Shown here piece after piece: positions 28,515-38,731 of a stretch of 64,000 nt of DNA; the first letter of the stretch is position 1; every line of letters begins with the position of its first letter. A program made the translations under genes and the position numbers. Origin of the DNA: Giardia intestinalis. Its lineage: Eukaryota. The stretch lies in assembly GCA_000002435.2 (NCBI GenBank), contig CM018793.1, one strand, 5' to 3'. The notes under the pieces were generated by a model. It was not told the origin of the DNA. It saw nothing but the letters and a program-made list of their open reading frames with translations, and ran no database searches.

Positions 28515-31451
28515 CTAACGTAGCTTGTTCGTAGTATTAGAAAGGATTGAAATACACAGTTCATAACTGGTATCGGAAACATTCCATGATGCAGTGGTTT
28601 TATAAGGTTTTTCTTGTGCCCACTGCAACGCGGTCTTCCCTCTCTTATCTCGAATGCGTCGCTCAAAAGGCATCAGGAGTTCCACGCAAGCCGCATGACC
28701 ATGCTTAGCAGCCAGAATAAGAGCTGTCTCACCATCGCTATTAACCTGGCCTGCTTCTGCGAGCAGCAAGCGAAGACATTCTCTGCGCCCATGCTTTGCT
28801 GCATACATGAGAGCAGTCATCCCGTTTTTAGGAAGGATTCCGAGCTCTCCCAGCAACAACATCAAACAGTGCACATTTCCTACTGACGCAGCAGCACCAA
28901 GCGCAGTCATCCCATTGTGCGACTTCCCCATCGTAGAGGCCCCGCCCTTTTCGTCCATTAAGCTCGGTGGGCTTGGTGGACTACCTGGCTGAAGCAGGGC
29001 TGCTACATCCCCACGAGCACCTTGCAGAAAATCTGAGGAGGTGCTCGATCGAAAGTCATTTCGTAAGAAGTCCGAATCATGCTTTAGAAGAAGCCTGAGC
29101 TCTGTCTCATTGCTGTTCAGTGCAGCACTGATGAGAGGAGTAGCCTCAGTAACGTCGTTAGACTCACGCCATACCAAGGAAATCTTTGCATTCCTTAATG
29201 CAACTCGTTCGCATAGGTGCGGGAGAGCCTCGAAGCGGCCATCTTTTAGAGCAAGGTTGATGGCACTGTTCAGGTGGGAGTCTAGAGCGTCTGGACGCAG
29301 CTGTGCTATCTCACAATAATATGTGGGAAATTCAAACTCCATGAAAACATGCAGAACCTGAGGCTGGGGCCAGTAGGAACGAATGATGTGCCCTATTTTC
29401 TCAGCCACACCTTTGTCTGCGTGTTTAGTTGCATATATTTGACGCTCGACCAGACATTTAAGATGGTCATAGCCCAGAGTTGATGTAGTGTGCCACTCGA
29501 ACGAGAGGAGGAGCTCTTCACAGTCTAAACGATTGTATACCCTGGCAACCTCGATGGGAGTAAGGTTTACCTTGTTCGGCATGCTTGACATAGACGGAAT
29601 AAGTTGACGCACGCCCTCCACGAATCCCTCTCGAATGGCGTATGTCAGAGCAGTCTCATCTGGATTGGGGATTTCTTTCTCATTGTCCAATAGTGGGAGA
29701 AGAGTATCATAAGACGTCCCACGTGCCAGGCCCCGTGACAGAGCTGTCCTCCCAAAAGAGTCCTGCATTCCCTGGAGTTCCCGAAGAGCTTCCACACCCT
29801 CCTTGCAGTTGGCCTCGACAAGAAGCATTAAGAGAGTGGTTCCGTCATCCGCAACGATGTCTTTTTCGTGAGCTGACAAGAGAGTGATGCACGCATTTTG
29901 ATCTTCATGGTATGCAGGGTTGTTGCACCTTCCTGCCACCGAAATATTGCCTGACGCAAACGGATTGGACAAACTTGGCATTGCAGAGGATCCCATAAAG
30001 CTACTTCTAAAGCTAGAGCTAACACTCCCACGATCCCCTATGCTCTCTCGGTTACTGTATGAATATAGAGGAGCATCGAAGCCAACGTACGCATAGTACA
30101 GTGCTGTTTTGTTCTCCAAGTCAACGTATCCTGCTTCAATTAAGAGCAGTCTCACACACTCATAATGCCCACCCTCTGCAGCCAGCATGAGAGCAGTCTT
30201 TCCATATGTGTTCTGTCTTCCTGCCTCGTGGAGGAACTCTCTAACTAACTCGACATTTCCTGCCGCAGCAGCATTCATCAAAGAGGTCCGCTCAGCGAGA
30301 GAAAATGTCGATATGGAGTCTCGCTGATGATCGGCAAATAGAGAATTTCTTGGAGACATCATCGTGCTGTGTGGCGCAGTCAAGCTTGTAGGGAAGTCTT
30401 TAATCCTGATGCGAATGTTGATGTCGGCTATACACTCGCAGAGTATCGACAGAAGCCTTGATCTTCTCAGAGTTATACAGAGAGAAACCGCCTTTTCAAT
30501 AGTTTCTTGTTGTGCACAATCTTGGCTTAAAATCGGCTTATGCTTATTGAACCCTTCTATCGAGTCCTCATGAATAGCAGCGAAAAGCCCCAGTATGCTC
30601 ACTGGTTGAGTGAGCGACGACTCTAGCGGTGTGGGGCTAACCATAAGACGTGCATTAGCCTTAATAGCAAGCGAATAAGAGCTGAGCTCGGCAGCCTTTG
30701 GTCGTCGAGAAGGGTCAGAAGACAAGCAAGAGCTTATCATATCTACCAGCTGAGAGGAGTAAGATGAGAGATGAACTTCGGGGTCTGCCGCGAGTTGTTC
30801 TTTCGAGTAGAAAGACTGAGGGTCTGCAAAAGACCAGGCCAAACAACCAAGAGCCCAGATGGCAGCAGGCTCCGTTGCAGTCCCCTGCGCGGAATGTCTA
30901 CACTCTGGAGGAGTGAATGACGCAAATGAGGCGCAATTTTCTGTAGAAAAGAAAGTCGTCATAATGTGGGGATTAAAGAGCTTAATGTGCCCCGTTTCTA
31001 TTCTAATAATCCTTGCTGGGTGAATAAAGCTCCACATTGACGGTTCTAAATTATTGAGGGGATTGTAACAATAGGAGATTGCTTGGGCAAGTTGTGACAC
31101 AATCTCCCATATGGCATCTTCAGGAACCTGAAACTGTGCATCCTTCACACGCAGAAGAAGATCAGCAGCAGTCTCGTGGAAGCCAGGCTCCAGTTCGAGC
31201 AACAAAAGGTCATCTGCAGGCATATAGCACGCATCATAGCAATCTAGGAGCACAGAATGCTTTTCAATTACCACGGATCGATATTTTTCAAGGGCAGCGA
31301 TTATGGTAGTGGCGTGTTCAGGCTTGACAGGAAGACGCAAAATGGATACATGCACGTCGTCAGAGATGCGGACTGCCGAAAAGATGCTATAAGAATCAGT
31401 CTCCCGAATGAAGCGGGAGTCCTTATAGCGGGAGGGATTCAGCCGGTCCAT
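28515..31451 (-). CDS. NEK-like pseudokinase plus ankyrin-repeat protein (Giardia protein-21.1 / NEK expansion type)
   Basis: 978 aa. Degenerate N-terminal kinase-like fold (PPECR...IWALGCLAWSF resembles subdomains VIII-IX; no GxGxxG/HRD/DFG). Many ankyrin repeats follow (TALMLAAEGGHYECVRLLL, TALMYAAKHGRRECLRLLL, TALILAAKHGHAACVELLM). Confidence 0.65.
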   Translation of the reverse strand: MDRLNPSRYKDSRFIRETDSYSIFSAVRISDDVHVSILRLPVKPEHATTIIAALEKYRSVVIEKHSVLLDCYDACYMPADDLLLLELEPGFHETAADLLLRVKDAQFQVPEDAIWEIVSQLAQAISYCYNPLNNLEPSMWSFIHPARIIRIETGHIKLFNPHIMTTFFSTENCASFASFTPPECRHSAQGTATEPAAIWALGCLAWSFADPQSFYSKEQLAADPEVHLSSYSSQLVDMISSCLSSDPSRRPKAAELSSYSLAIKANARLMVSPTPLESSLTQPVSILGLFAAIHEDSIEGFNKHKPILSQDCAQQETIEKAVSLCITLRRSRLLSILCECIADINIRIRIKDFPTSLTAPHSTMMSPRNSLFADHQRDSISTFSLAERTSLMNAAAAGNVELVREFLHEAGRQNTYGKTALMLAAEGGHYECVRLLLIEAGYVDLENKTALYYAYVGFDAPLYSYSNRESIGDRGSVSSSFRSSFMGSSAMPSLSNPFASGNISVAGRCNNPAYHEDQNACITLLSAHEKDIVADDGTTLLMLLVEANCKEGVEALRELQGMQDSFGRTALSRGLARGTSYDTLLPLLDNEKEIPNPDETALTYAIREGFVEGVRQLIPSMSSMPNKVNLTPIEVARVYNRLDCEELLLSFEWHTTSTLGYDHLKCLVERQIYATKHADKGVAEKIGHIIRSYWPQPQVLHVFMEFEFPTYYCEIAQLRPDALDSHLNSAINLALKDGRFEALPHLCERVALRNAKISLVWRESNDVTEATPLISAALNSNETELRLLLKHDSDFLRNDFRSSTSSDFLQGARGDVAALLQPGSPPSPPSLMDEKGGASTMGKSHNGMTALGAAASVGNVHCLMLLLGELGILPKNGMTALMYAAKHGRRECLRLLLAEAGQVNSDGETALILAAKHGHAACVELLMPFERRIRDKRGKTALQWAQEKPYKTTASWNVSDTSYELCISILSNTTNKLR

Positions 31452-31557
31452 CTAGTGGATAAAGCAATTTGAGAACTATAATTAAAAGAACCTCATTACT
31501 TTCAATTTCAAGTTAAAAACTAATAAGACTAAATAATTTATATTAGAGATCGAGTTA
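31452..31557. promoter_or_regulatory. AT-rich bidirectional promoter/initiator region between the divergent NEK-ankyrin and MIP18 genes
   Basis: 106 bp, strongly AT-rich (aattaaaagaacc...aagttaaaaactaataagactaaataatttatattagag). It is flanked by two ATGs pointing outward. Confidence 0.4.
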
Positions 31558-31995
31558 ATGGCTCCACACGCCCCGTACACTGCCGGCCCCTTTTTCAACC
31601 GAGGTCGTCCAGAGGACTACGAGCCGATAACCCCCGAGGAGGTGTTTGATATCATCCGATCTGTCAGAGATCCCGAACACATGAACATGACCCTCGAGGA
31701 CCTGCGAGTGGTGAATCTCAACGATATCACGGTCATGGATGAGCAGGGTTTGGTTCGCGTTGTTTATACGCCTACTACTCCAACATGCAGCCTGGGAAGC
31801 ATAATAGGTTTGAGCTTGAAGATTAAGCTTGATAGGTGTCTCCCGAGGCGTTTTTGCTCCGTTGTCTACTGCAAGGATGGAACGCACGAGAACGCCATCT
31901 CACTCAATAAGCAAATTAACGACAAAGAGCGTGCTTTGGCGGCCCTTACCAATAAGAATATTGCATCTGTGGTCAACACGGCAATCCGCATTTGA
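31558..31995 (+). CDS. MIP18/CIA2 (DUF59, FAM96) Fe-S cluster assembly family protein
   Basis: IRSVRDPEHMNMTLEDLRVVNLNDITV is the DUF59 signature (cf. IRDPEHPLTLEELNVV). AT-rich upstream region. Confidence 0.8.
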   Translation: MAPHAPYTAGPFFNRGRPEDYEPITPEEVFDIIRSVRDPEHMNMTLEDLRVVNLNDITVMDEQGLVRVVYTPTTPTCSLGSIIGLSLKIKLDRCLPRRFCSVVYCKDGTHENAISLNKQINDKERALAALTNKNIASVVNTAIRI

Positions 31996-31996
31996 T

Positions 31997-34900
31997 TCAG
32001 TTTGATCTAGTCCTTTGTGCTCTACGGGGAGACGCCTTTATGTAAGAAAGCTGTTCATTTGGCACGCCGTCTTGGATTTGGTTCCTTTCTTCTCTAGCGA
32101 GCTGTCTCTCTTGCCGTTTATATTCTTTTATCCGCTCTGCATATTCTTCTAGCTTTGCAACCAGTGTAGTATTTCTGGCGAGTGCCTTCCGCAGGTTTGC
32201 CTTGAGTGCCTGTACCTGAGGGTCTGAGTCCAAGTCCCTGGCGGGGCTTTGACACTTCAATGCATCTGCATTTTTCTGTTGACGGAGGGAAACCTGCTCA
32301 TCTTGAAGCTTGGTAACGGTGACCTTGTAGTTTGTAAGGAGCTTGTGCTGTTGGACAGCACCCAGCATCACTTGCTTGAGGAGACGCATAGCCTTGTCTT
32401 GAGAGAGTTCATGTAGTTTATGGATCTCTTGTCTAATGTCCTCTATGAATGTGCACGAGTCTTCATAGGTTTTTATTGCGATATCATTGTTCTCTAGTTG
32501 TAGCATTTTTATAGATCCTCTTTCTTTTAACTCGGCAAAGCGAGACTTCTGTGTGCTGGTCATATATCTATAAATGCTCGTGTCAGCGACGTTCTTTGGA
32601 ATGGTCTGCTGAAGGACGAATTCATCTTTTCCTGTAACCTTATAGCCCGTTAGCTTGCTTAGATTTCTCAGCCTTTCTGTCAGAAAAGAGTCACTCGGCT
32701 CTGCGTCACCACGGGTCTCCGGCACTGCTGCTTCCTTCTCGACTATCCCCGTCGGCAGGTTGGTCAAATGCAAGCTCAACTGGGTGTTAGGCGCATCTTC
32801 AAGAGCCCCTTGCCCATCCAGTGCATTCACTACATCGTTAACTATATCAATTGCACTTTCTGTAATGTTGAGATTCGGCTTCAACAGGGTCTGTGAGACG
32901 TTCTTAGCAGTCTTGTCAAACGGGGATGCTCCTCCGATTCTCGAGTCTATACCCGGATACGGAGATCTTGCAGAGGAGGGTCTGCCAGGACCCGCTTTTG
33001 CATTGGTCATTGGCGTACTTGGGGCATCGGAGGCAGCAGCTTTTGACGCCGCTGTATACATGTTGGGAGCTTGTGGCCCTGTGGTAGGGGGTTGCATGGT
33101 TAAGGTAACATTCTGAGGAATATACCGATATGTTCCCGGAACATCCTGGTAACATTTCATTCGTTGCAACTGCTGAAATTGTTGAAATAATTGGAACTGT
33201 TGAAACTGGTGCATAAGCTCGGCTGATGGCTGTTCTAACAAGTCTAATCCATACAGCGAAGATTGCTTTGGTATTTCCTTCTGTAACACACTCTGTGGAG
33301 TAGTGCTTTGAAACGTATCATGAACGACCTTACTGCCGTCTGCTGCGGCAGAAATACTTATGCGCCTTTCTTGTTTCTGAGTCTGCATGTCAAGTAAAGG
33401 AGTTCCGTTGTTAGTCAAATTATCTGTGGGAGAATTAGAGCCTTGTTGGACGTGGTGCTCTATGGCCACAGATTGAGAGTTGGAAGAATTGTACTGCTTC
33501 TCCATAAATTGCACACTCTCCGCTGGAACGCCAACCTCACTTAAACCAAGCTCGACGCCATCTCCCATGACAACGGCAGGGTCTACCTTGTGCATGTATA
33601 CCAGATCCTTACAGTCCCCGTGAACTCCACAATCAGAGGTATTCTGACTGGTAGTCGTATAGTTGCCAAACTGGACAAGAGTGCTTCTAGTGGTAGTGAG
33701 ATCAGAGAGCACGGGGTCGGACCGAAAATCGTCGGTAGCGGTGTAATCGTGGTAATCATACGTGTTGGTGATAGACTGCCTTATAGAACGTACCGAGCTA
33801 AGGCCACGGTCTCCGCCGGCAGCGCAGACACTACTTAAGGGAAGGCCCTTGATAGAAGATAAGGAAAACGTAGGGGTATTTGAGTCCTTCTCGTCAGGCT
33901 TGACTGTTAATTGCCTGGATTCCGCGTTGCATTCATTTCGTGTTGACATTACTGCGTACTCTTTTTTGTGAGATGACGTAGCAAGCTTAGAAGCTGATCT
34001 TTCATCTGCAGTAATAAAGGCAGACTCTTTTGGTATGGTTGAAGGCAATAAAACCCCGTTGCGGTCTTCTATATCCTCGTACCGCTGCCCAGATGACTGC
34101 GAATTATCTGCTTGATTCTTGAAGCTTAGAGCTAGATGTGACGAAATGAAATTAATAGATGCATCGGTTGACATTTGGGATGCTTTCTGCATCGCAGCGG
34201 TATCCCCCTGTGTATCTATACTGTCAGAAGACTTGGCATTATGTGCTTGAGAATTATACACAACTGAGTTCTTTATTCCTGATAGAGTATGGTCCCTTCC
34301 AGAAAGTTCCGAAGTGATGTTCACGCCCTTATCTTGATGAGCTGTTCCAGCCAGTGCGGCCATCATTTCTTGAACGGAATCCGATAGTGCCACGTTGTCG
34401 TTCTCATCAACGCAGGCGGGAATCCTTTGAGCATGGGAGTATGAAGCACGTGGCTCCATGCCTGTGAAACTTAGGTTCTCTGCTGGCTCTGGCCCATTTA
34501 CGCTCATAAGCGACGAATCCTGTGTACGGTTCACTGCACCGTTGCCCATGTCTATGCCTGTACGAGGATTGACGACCCGTATTGCGAAGGTTGTGCCAGT
34601 GGATGTGTAGTTACTGTGTATCCTATGTGTAACAATAGTTTGCTGGTCGGTGCTAGAGGCGATAGTCAGCGGCGTGCCTTGAGCATTGGGTGGTCGTTCT
34701 TGTAAGTCTGGGGGCTCTGAGACCGGGTAGAGCTCACTCATGGAACTTGTCTTAATTGAGTGCTCTCGAGAAACACCTGTATGCATAGAAACATCTCCAA
34801 GCGTTGACACGTCGTGAATACTGAGACTAGTATATTTCTGTGCATCGGAGGTGCTGCAGTAAGTGGACATAGCAGGATCATAAGGGGTCACACTAGACGA

Positions 34901-35095
34901 CAATGAATCTCCAGGTCCTGACGTTTGGGTCAGGGGTGTGCTACCAATGGAGCTCTCTGATTTCTGAGGAGGATTGGCCGGGTTTTTTCGAGCTAAAGCG
35001 ATATCTTCCACTGTATATGCACGAGCCTTGAGGGGAGGCTTTCGCATTTTCGGTGTAGCCCCTTGTGCTTCCCGACTAAAGGACTTAACACCCAT
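31997..35095 (-). CDS. Hypothetical large S/T/Q-rich low-complexity protein with a C-terminal coiled coil
   Basis: 1032 aa with an ATG start. The last ~200 aa are heptad-like (LQLENNDIAIKTYEDSCTFIEDIRQEIHKLHELSQDKAMRLLKQ...). Its stop is 1 nt from the stop of the convergent MIP18 gene. Confidence 0.45.
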   Translation of the reverse strand: MGVKSFSREAQGATPKMRKPPLKARAYTVEDIALARKNPANPPQKSESSIGSTPLTQTSGPGDSLSSSVTPYDPAMSTYCSTSDAQKYTSLSIHDVSTLGDVSMHTGVSREHSIKTSSMSELYPVSEPPDLQERPPNAQGTPLTIASSTDQQTIVTHRIHSNYTSTGTTFAIRVVNPRTGIDMGNGAVNRTQDSSLMSVNGPEPAENLSFTGMEPRASYSHAQRIPACVDENDNVALSDSVQEMMAALAGTAHQDKGVNITSELSGRDHTLSGIKNSVVYNSQAHNAKSSDSIDTQGDTAAMQKASQMSTDASINFISSHLALSFKNQADNSQSSGQRYEDIEDRNGVLLPSTIPKESAFITADERSASKLATSSHKKEYAVMSTRNECNAESRQLTVKPDEKDSNTPTFSLSSIKGLPLSSVCAAGGDRGLSSVRSIRQSITNTYDYHDYTATDDFRSDPVLSDLTTTRSTLVQFGNYTTTSQNTSDCGVHGDCKDLVYMHKVDPAVVMGDGVELGLSEVGVPAESVQFMEKQYNSSNSQSVAIEHHVQQGSNSPTDNLTNNGTPLLDMQTQKQERRISISAAADGSKVVHDTFQSTTPQSVLQKEIPKQSSLYGLDLLEQPSAELMHQFQQFQLFQQFQQLQRMKCYQDVPGTYRYIPQNVTLTMQPPTTGPQAPNMYTAASKAAASDAPSTPMTNAKAGPGRPSSARSPYPGIDSRIGGASPFDKTAKNVSQTLLKPNLNITESAIDIVNDVVNALDGQGALEDAPNTQLSLHLTNLPTGIVEKEAAVPETRGDAEPSDSFLTERLRNLSKLTGYKVTGKDEFVLQQTIPKNVADTSIYRYMTSTQKSRFAELKERGSIKMLQLENNDIAIKTYEDSCTFIEDIRQEIHKLHELSQDKAMRLLKQVMLGAVQQHKLLTNYKVTVTKLQDEQVSLRQQKNADALKCQSPARDLDSDPQVQALKANLRKALARNTTLVAKLEEYAERIKEYKRQERQLAREERNQIQDGVPNEQLSYIKASPRRAQRTRSN

Positions 35096-35131
35096 GAAGC
35101 CAATTTTGGAAAGTTGGATTTACAGGATACG

Positions 35132-35821
35132 TTACTTTAGCGCGCTGAGCCGAAGAGTGTCATCATTTAGGCATGCTTTATGATCGTCGTGTGGTTCGTC
35201 TGGGTGTGTCACTGACTCAGAAACTCCTTCGAGAGACTCTCGCTGGATACCGCACAGGGGCTGTGGGATAGGGTTACCCACAATGGAGGCATACAGAGCT
35301 GTCTGGGTTTCGAGAAGTGAGATGTCCGACTTGTCAAGTCCTTCTTCCAGATCCTGTGGAGTCGTATGGCTCGCTAGTAGCTGCAACTTATCGTAGATCG
35401 GCGACCGTGAAAAGCTCGGCCTTACTACATGCTGGACTGGGCTGGAGAACACCCCGGATCGAGGGGCATCCTGTATGTTCATGCTCTGAGCCTTTTCAAG
35501 TAGCATTTCTCTAGGCTTTGGGTTTTGCAAAAACGCCTCGGCAAGAACTCCATGAGCGGCGGATATACATCCAGAGTAGAGCTCCATATCTATGCGAAAG
35601 CACCAGTAAGCCGACTGCTTGGCAAGGACAGGATTAGCAGACACAAGGGTGTCTATCTCTGTCCGTGCTTCCAGAAGCTGTCTGTTTTTGACCTTGGTCA
35701 CAGCATTGAAGAAGGCGGATAGTATGAGTGGGGGAACTTCTCCCGAGAAGGAGGGAATCTCGAGGAGCTCAATTGCTGGCTCCGAAACACAGGCCCCCAC
35801 GTTGCGGCTGGCACTCAGCAT
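35132..35821 (-). CDS. Hypothetical protein
   Basis: 229-aa ORF with an ATG start. No family recognised. Confidence 0.35.
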   Translation of the reverse strand: MLSASRNVGACVSEPAIELLEIPSFSGEVPPLILSAFFNAVTKVKNRQLLEARTEIDTLVSANPVLAKQSAYWCFRIDMELYSGCISAAHGVLAEAFLQNPKPREMLLEKAQSMNIQDAPRSGVFSSPVQHVVRPSFSRSPIYDKLQLLASHTTPQDLEEGLDKSDISLLETQTALYASIVGNPIPQPLCGIQRESLEGVSESVTHPDEPHDDHKACLNDDTLRLSALK

Positions 35822-35924
35822 CGGCGAATCTTCTACAAGAAAAGCTCTCTGGCTGAAATTAATTTTCAGACAAGGTTCACTGATTAGTTCTAAAAATTAA
35901 TTTCTGAGGAACGCAATAAAATAC

Positions 35925-37694
35925 ATGAGCCCAGGACGCAAGCAGTTGGCATCACACCCTTTCATTAAGAAGGGTCGTCGTCCCGTTGTTCTTTGCATTG
36001 TCGACGGAATGGGCTATGGGCGTGTCAAGGAAGCTGATGCTGTAAAGGCAGCTTACACACCGTTTTTGGACATGTTTCACGCAAAGTACCCCAACACTCA
36101 GCTCTATGCTCACGGGACCTATGTGGGCCTTCCAGATGATACCGACATGGGCAACTCGGAGGTCGGTCACAACTGCATCGGCTGCGGCCGCGTGGTCGCC
36201 CAGGGGGCTAAGTTGGTCAATATGTCTTTGGAGAGTGGGGAGATGTTCAGAGAAGGGAGCGTATGGAGGAAGTGTGTCACGCAGGTGACAGCCAAGAACT
36301 CTACCCTTCACTTCCTCGGCCTCTTTTCTGACGGAAATGTCCACTCCCACATTAACCACTTGTTCAGCATGCTGAAGCGTGCGAAGCAAGATGGAATCAA
36401 GCAGGTTCGCCTGCATCTCCTCTTCGATGGCCGTGACGTTGGCGAGACTTCTGGAATGAGCTACATTGAGAAGTTGGACGAGCTCCTAAAGACCCTCAAT
36501 GGGGCTGACTTTAATTGTGTGGTTGCCTCTGGGGGCGGTCGCATGGTCACGACAATGGATAGATATTTTGCTAACTGGGATATTGTTGAGAGAGGGTATT
36601 TGGCACATATCTACGGATACAGCGTTCATGGAAATTACTACGACAGCATCGCCAACGCATACACTGCCCTCCGTAATAAGGGAGCGATTGATCAGAATCT
36701 CGAAGAGTTTGTTATCAATGACGCAGATGGTAAGCCAGTGGGGGCTGTAGGAGACAATGACGCCTTTGTTCTATACAATTTCCGTGGAGACCGTGCCATC
36801 GAGATAAGTCAGGCCATGGATGCGCTGGCTGGTGGTGATACTGCCGCTTTTAAGGACTTCAATTTATGTTTTGATTTGTCAGGGATTCAGAGGAAGTATG
36901 GAGCACCAAATGTGAAGATATCCCTGCCCAGCAAAATCGCAGCGCCAAAGAACATACTTTATGTGGGCATGATGCTCTATGATGGCGATCTCCACCTGCC
37001 GAAGAACTATCTTGTCAGTCCCCCGAATATTTCGGACACTCTTGATGATTACCTTACTTCCGCAGGCCTTTCCTGCTATGCTATCTCCGAGACACAGAAG
37101 TACGGCCATGTAACATACTTCTTCAATGGCAATCGATCGGAGAAGTTTTCGGAGGAGCTGGACACTTACGAAGAGATCCCTTCAGACAAGGACATTGAGT
37201 TCTCTAAGGCTCCCTGGATGAGAGCTCACGAGATCACAGTTATGACGGAACGTGCGATCCGCGGACTCACCAAGAGGAAGCATGACTTCATTCGTCTCAA
37301 CTATCCTAATCCCGACATGGTTGGACACTGCGGCGACTTTGAGATGGCCAGAGTGGCAGTTGAGTGTGTCGACGTCTGTCTCGGGAGGCTCTACAAGGCA
37401 GTGTGCGACGTCGGCGGCTGTATGGTGATTATTGCAGACCATGGAAACTCTGATGAAATGTATGAGATTGTCAAGGGTGCGGTAAAGCTGGACTCAAAGG
37501 GAAACAAGGTCGTGAAGACTTCGCATTCCCTGAACCCCGTGCCCTGCATCATCATTGACAAGTCCTCCGATGTGCTGGAGTACAAGCGTGAGCTCCGCTC
37601 TGGAAAAGGCCTTAGTTCTGTTGCTGCCACTATCCTTAACCTCCTTGGCTTTGAGAAGCCTGCGGACTACGACGATGGCGTCTTGGTCTTCTGA
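35925..37694 (+). CDS. 2,3-bisphosphoglycerate-independent phosphoglycerate mutase (iPGM)
   Basis: VVLCIVDGMGYG...TPFLD...GLPDDTDMGNSEVGHNCIGCGRVVAQG matches the iPGM N-terminal metal/phosphoserine region. 589 aa. AGTGAAC signal after the stop. Confidence 0.8.
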   Translation: MSPGRKQLASHPFIKKGRRPVVLCIVDGMGYGRVKEADAVKAAYTPFLDMFHAKYPNTQLYAHGTYVGLPDDTDMGNSEVGHNCIGCGRVVAQGAKLVNMSLESGEMFREGSVWRKCVTQVTAKNSTLHFLGLFSDGNVHSHINHLFSMLKRAKQDGIKQVRLHLLFDGRDVGETSGMSYIEKLDELLKTLNGADFNCVVASGGGRMVTTMDRYFANWDIVERGYLAHIYGYSVHGNYYDSIANAYTALRNKGAIDQNLEEFVINDADGKPVGAVGDNDAFVLYNFRGDRAIEISQAMDALAGGDTAAFKDFNLCFDLSGIQRKYGAPNVKISLPSKIAAPKNILYVGMMLYDGDLHLPKNYLVSPPNISDTLDDYLTSAGLSCYAISETQKYGHVTYFFNGNRSEKFSEELDTYEEIPSDKDIEFSKAPWMRAHEITVMTERAIRGLTKRKHDFIRLNYPNPDMVGHCGDFEMARVAVECVDVCLGRLYKAVCDVGGCMVIIADHGNSDEMYEIVKGAVKLDSKGNKVVKTSHSLNPVPCIIIDKSSDVLEYKRELRSGKGLSSVAATILNLLGFEKPADYDDGVLVF

Positions 37695-37814
37695 ATACCG
37701 AGGCCTATATGTTTGAAGACTGTCTGAGTGAACTTTTCTGTTACTCTGGTTCTAAGACCTGCATACATCTTTGCGGTTGTGATCAAAAACACGAAGAAAA
37801 CAGGAGGAGAATTG

Positions 37815-38648
37815 ATGAATAGCAACATCCCTGTCTCTGGATGGATGCGCTTTGGGGCAAACATCCTGACCATCTGGATCTTCATTCTATGTTACATATT
37901 GGTTCTGAAGCGGCGTAGCGAGTCCTTACTTGCCTCTAAAATGCGAACACTTATCCACATATACTACTTGTTTTCTATCTTATCTCAGGCCTTATTTACT
38001 CGTACATCTATCATAGGCTACTTTATGGGTAAGTGGCTCCAGAATAATACGACAGCGTCCGCGGTCTGGAGCCAGGTTTCTCAGGCGCTCTATACCGCAA
38101 CAAACAGAGTCGTACCATCCCTGATGGTTACCATTGTCATAGTGAGTGCCATCGACGGGCTGAGGAACACGACACTGTGCCAAAAGGCGATGGTTGTCAC
38201 TACTATAATTTACACAATCCTTGTTACTGTCGTTTCTATGGGCACGGTCTTCTGTAAAGATTTTTGCACGGATAAGCCAGAAGTGCGGCGGGGGATCCTC
38301 TATGCTCAGGAGGCACTCACATCTGTGCCCTATATAATCTCAATTGGGATGATATTGATTTTGTTCAGAAAAAGCCAGGAGGTTGCTGAAACAGACTTTG
38401 CAAGGGCTCTCATTGAGGACGACAGAATTGATGACGCCGCCACTGACATGAATAACCGAAAGCGCCAGCTCACGACAATTTTCATTCTAAGAACCATGGC
38501 CATGGTCATTTTGTTCTCCTGGAATATGGCGTGGATCAGCCTCTTCTTCGACACCGCAGAGCCCTCCTGGGTCCCTTATGTGGAGGCAGCCCTTTTGGTT
38601 ATATATGAGACACTCAACGCGACTGTGTTCATTCAGAGGGGAAAGTAG
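37815..38648 (+). CDS. Hypothetical multi-pass membrane protein
   Basis: The track start at 37728 is a GTG; the first ATG is at 37815 (MNSNIPVSGWMRF...). About 7 hydrophobic segments. Confidence 0.45.
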   Translation: MNSNIPVSGWMRFGANILTIWIFILCYILVLKRRSESLLASKMRTLIHIYYLFSILSQALFTRTSIIGYFMGKWLQNNTTASAVWSQVSQALYTATNRVVPSLMVTIVIVSAIDGLRNTTLCQKAMVVTTIIYTILVTVVSMGTVFCKDFCTDKPEVRRGILYAQEALTSVPYIISIGMILILFRKSQEVAETDFARALIEDDRIDDAATDMNNRKRQLTTIFILRTMAMVILFSWNMAWISLFFDTAEPSWVPYVEAALLVIYETLNATVFIQRGK

Positions 38649-38731
38649 CACAGATATTTGTGAATATTTTTCAATTTACATCTATAGCGTTTCTCACAAA
38701 TTACAAGTGATAGGTATGTTCTCCAATAAAA

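Noticed and set aside
31555-31887. 110-aa minus-strand ORF
   Set aside because: It is antisense to the MIP18/DUF59 gene, which has a clear family signature.
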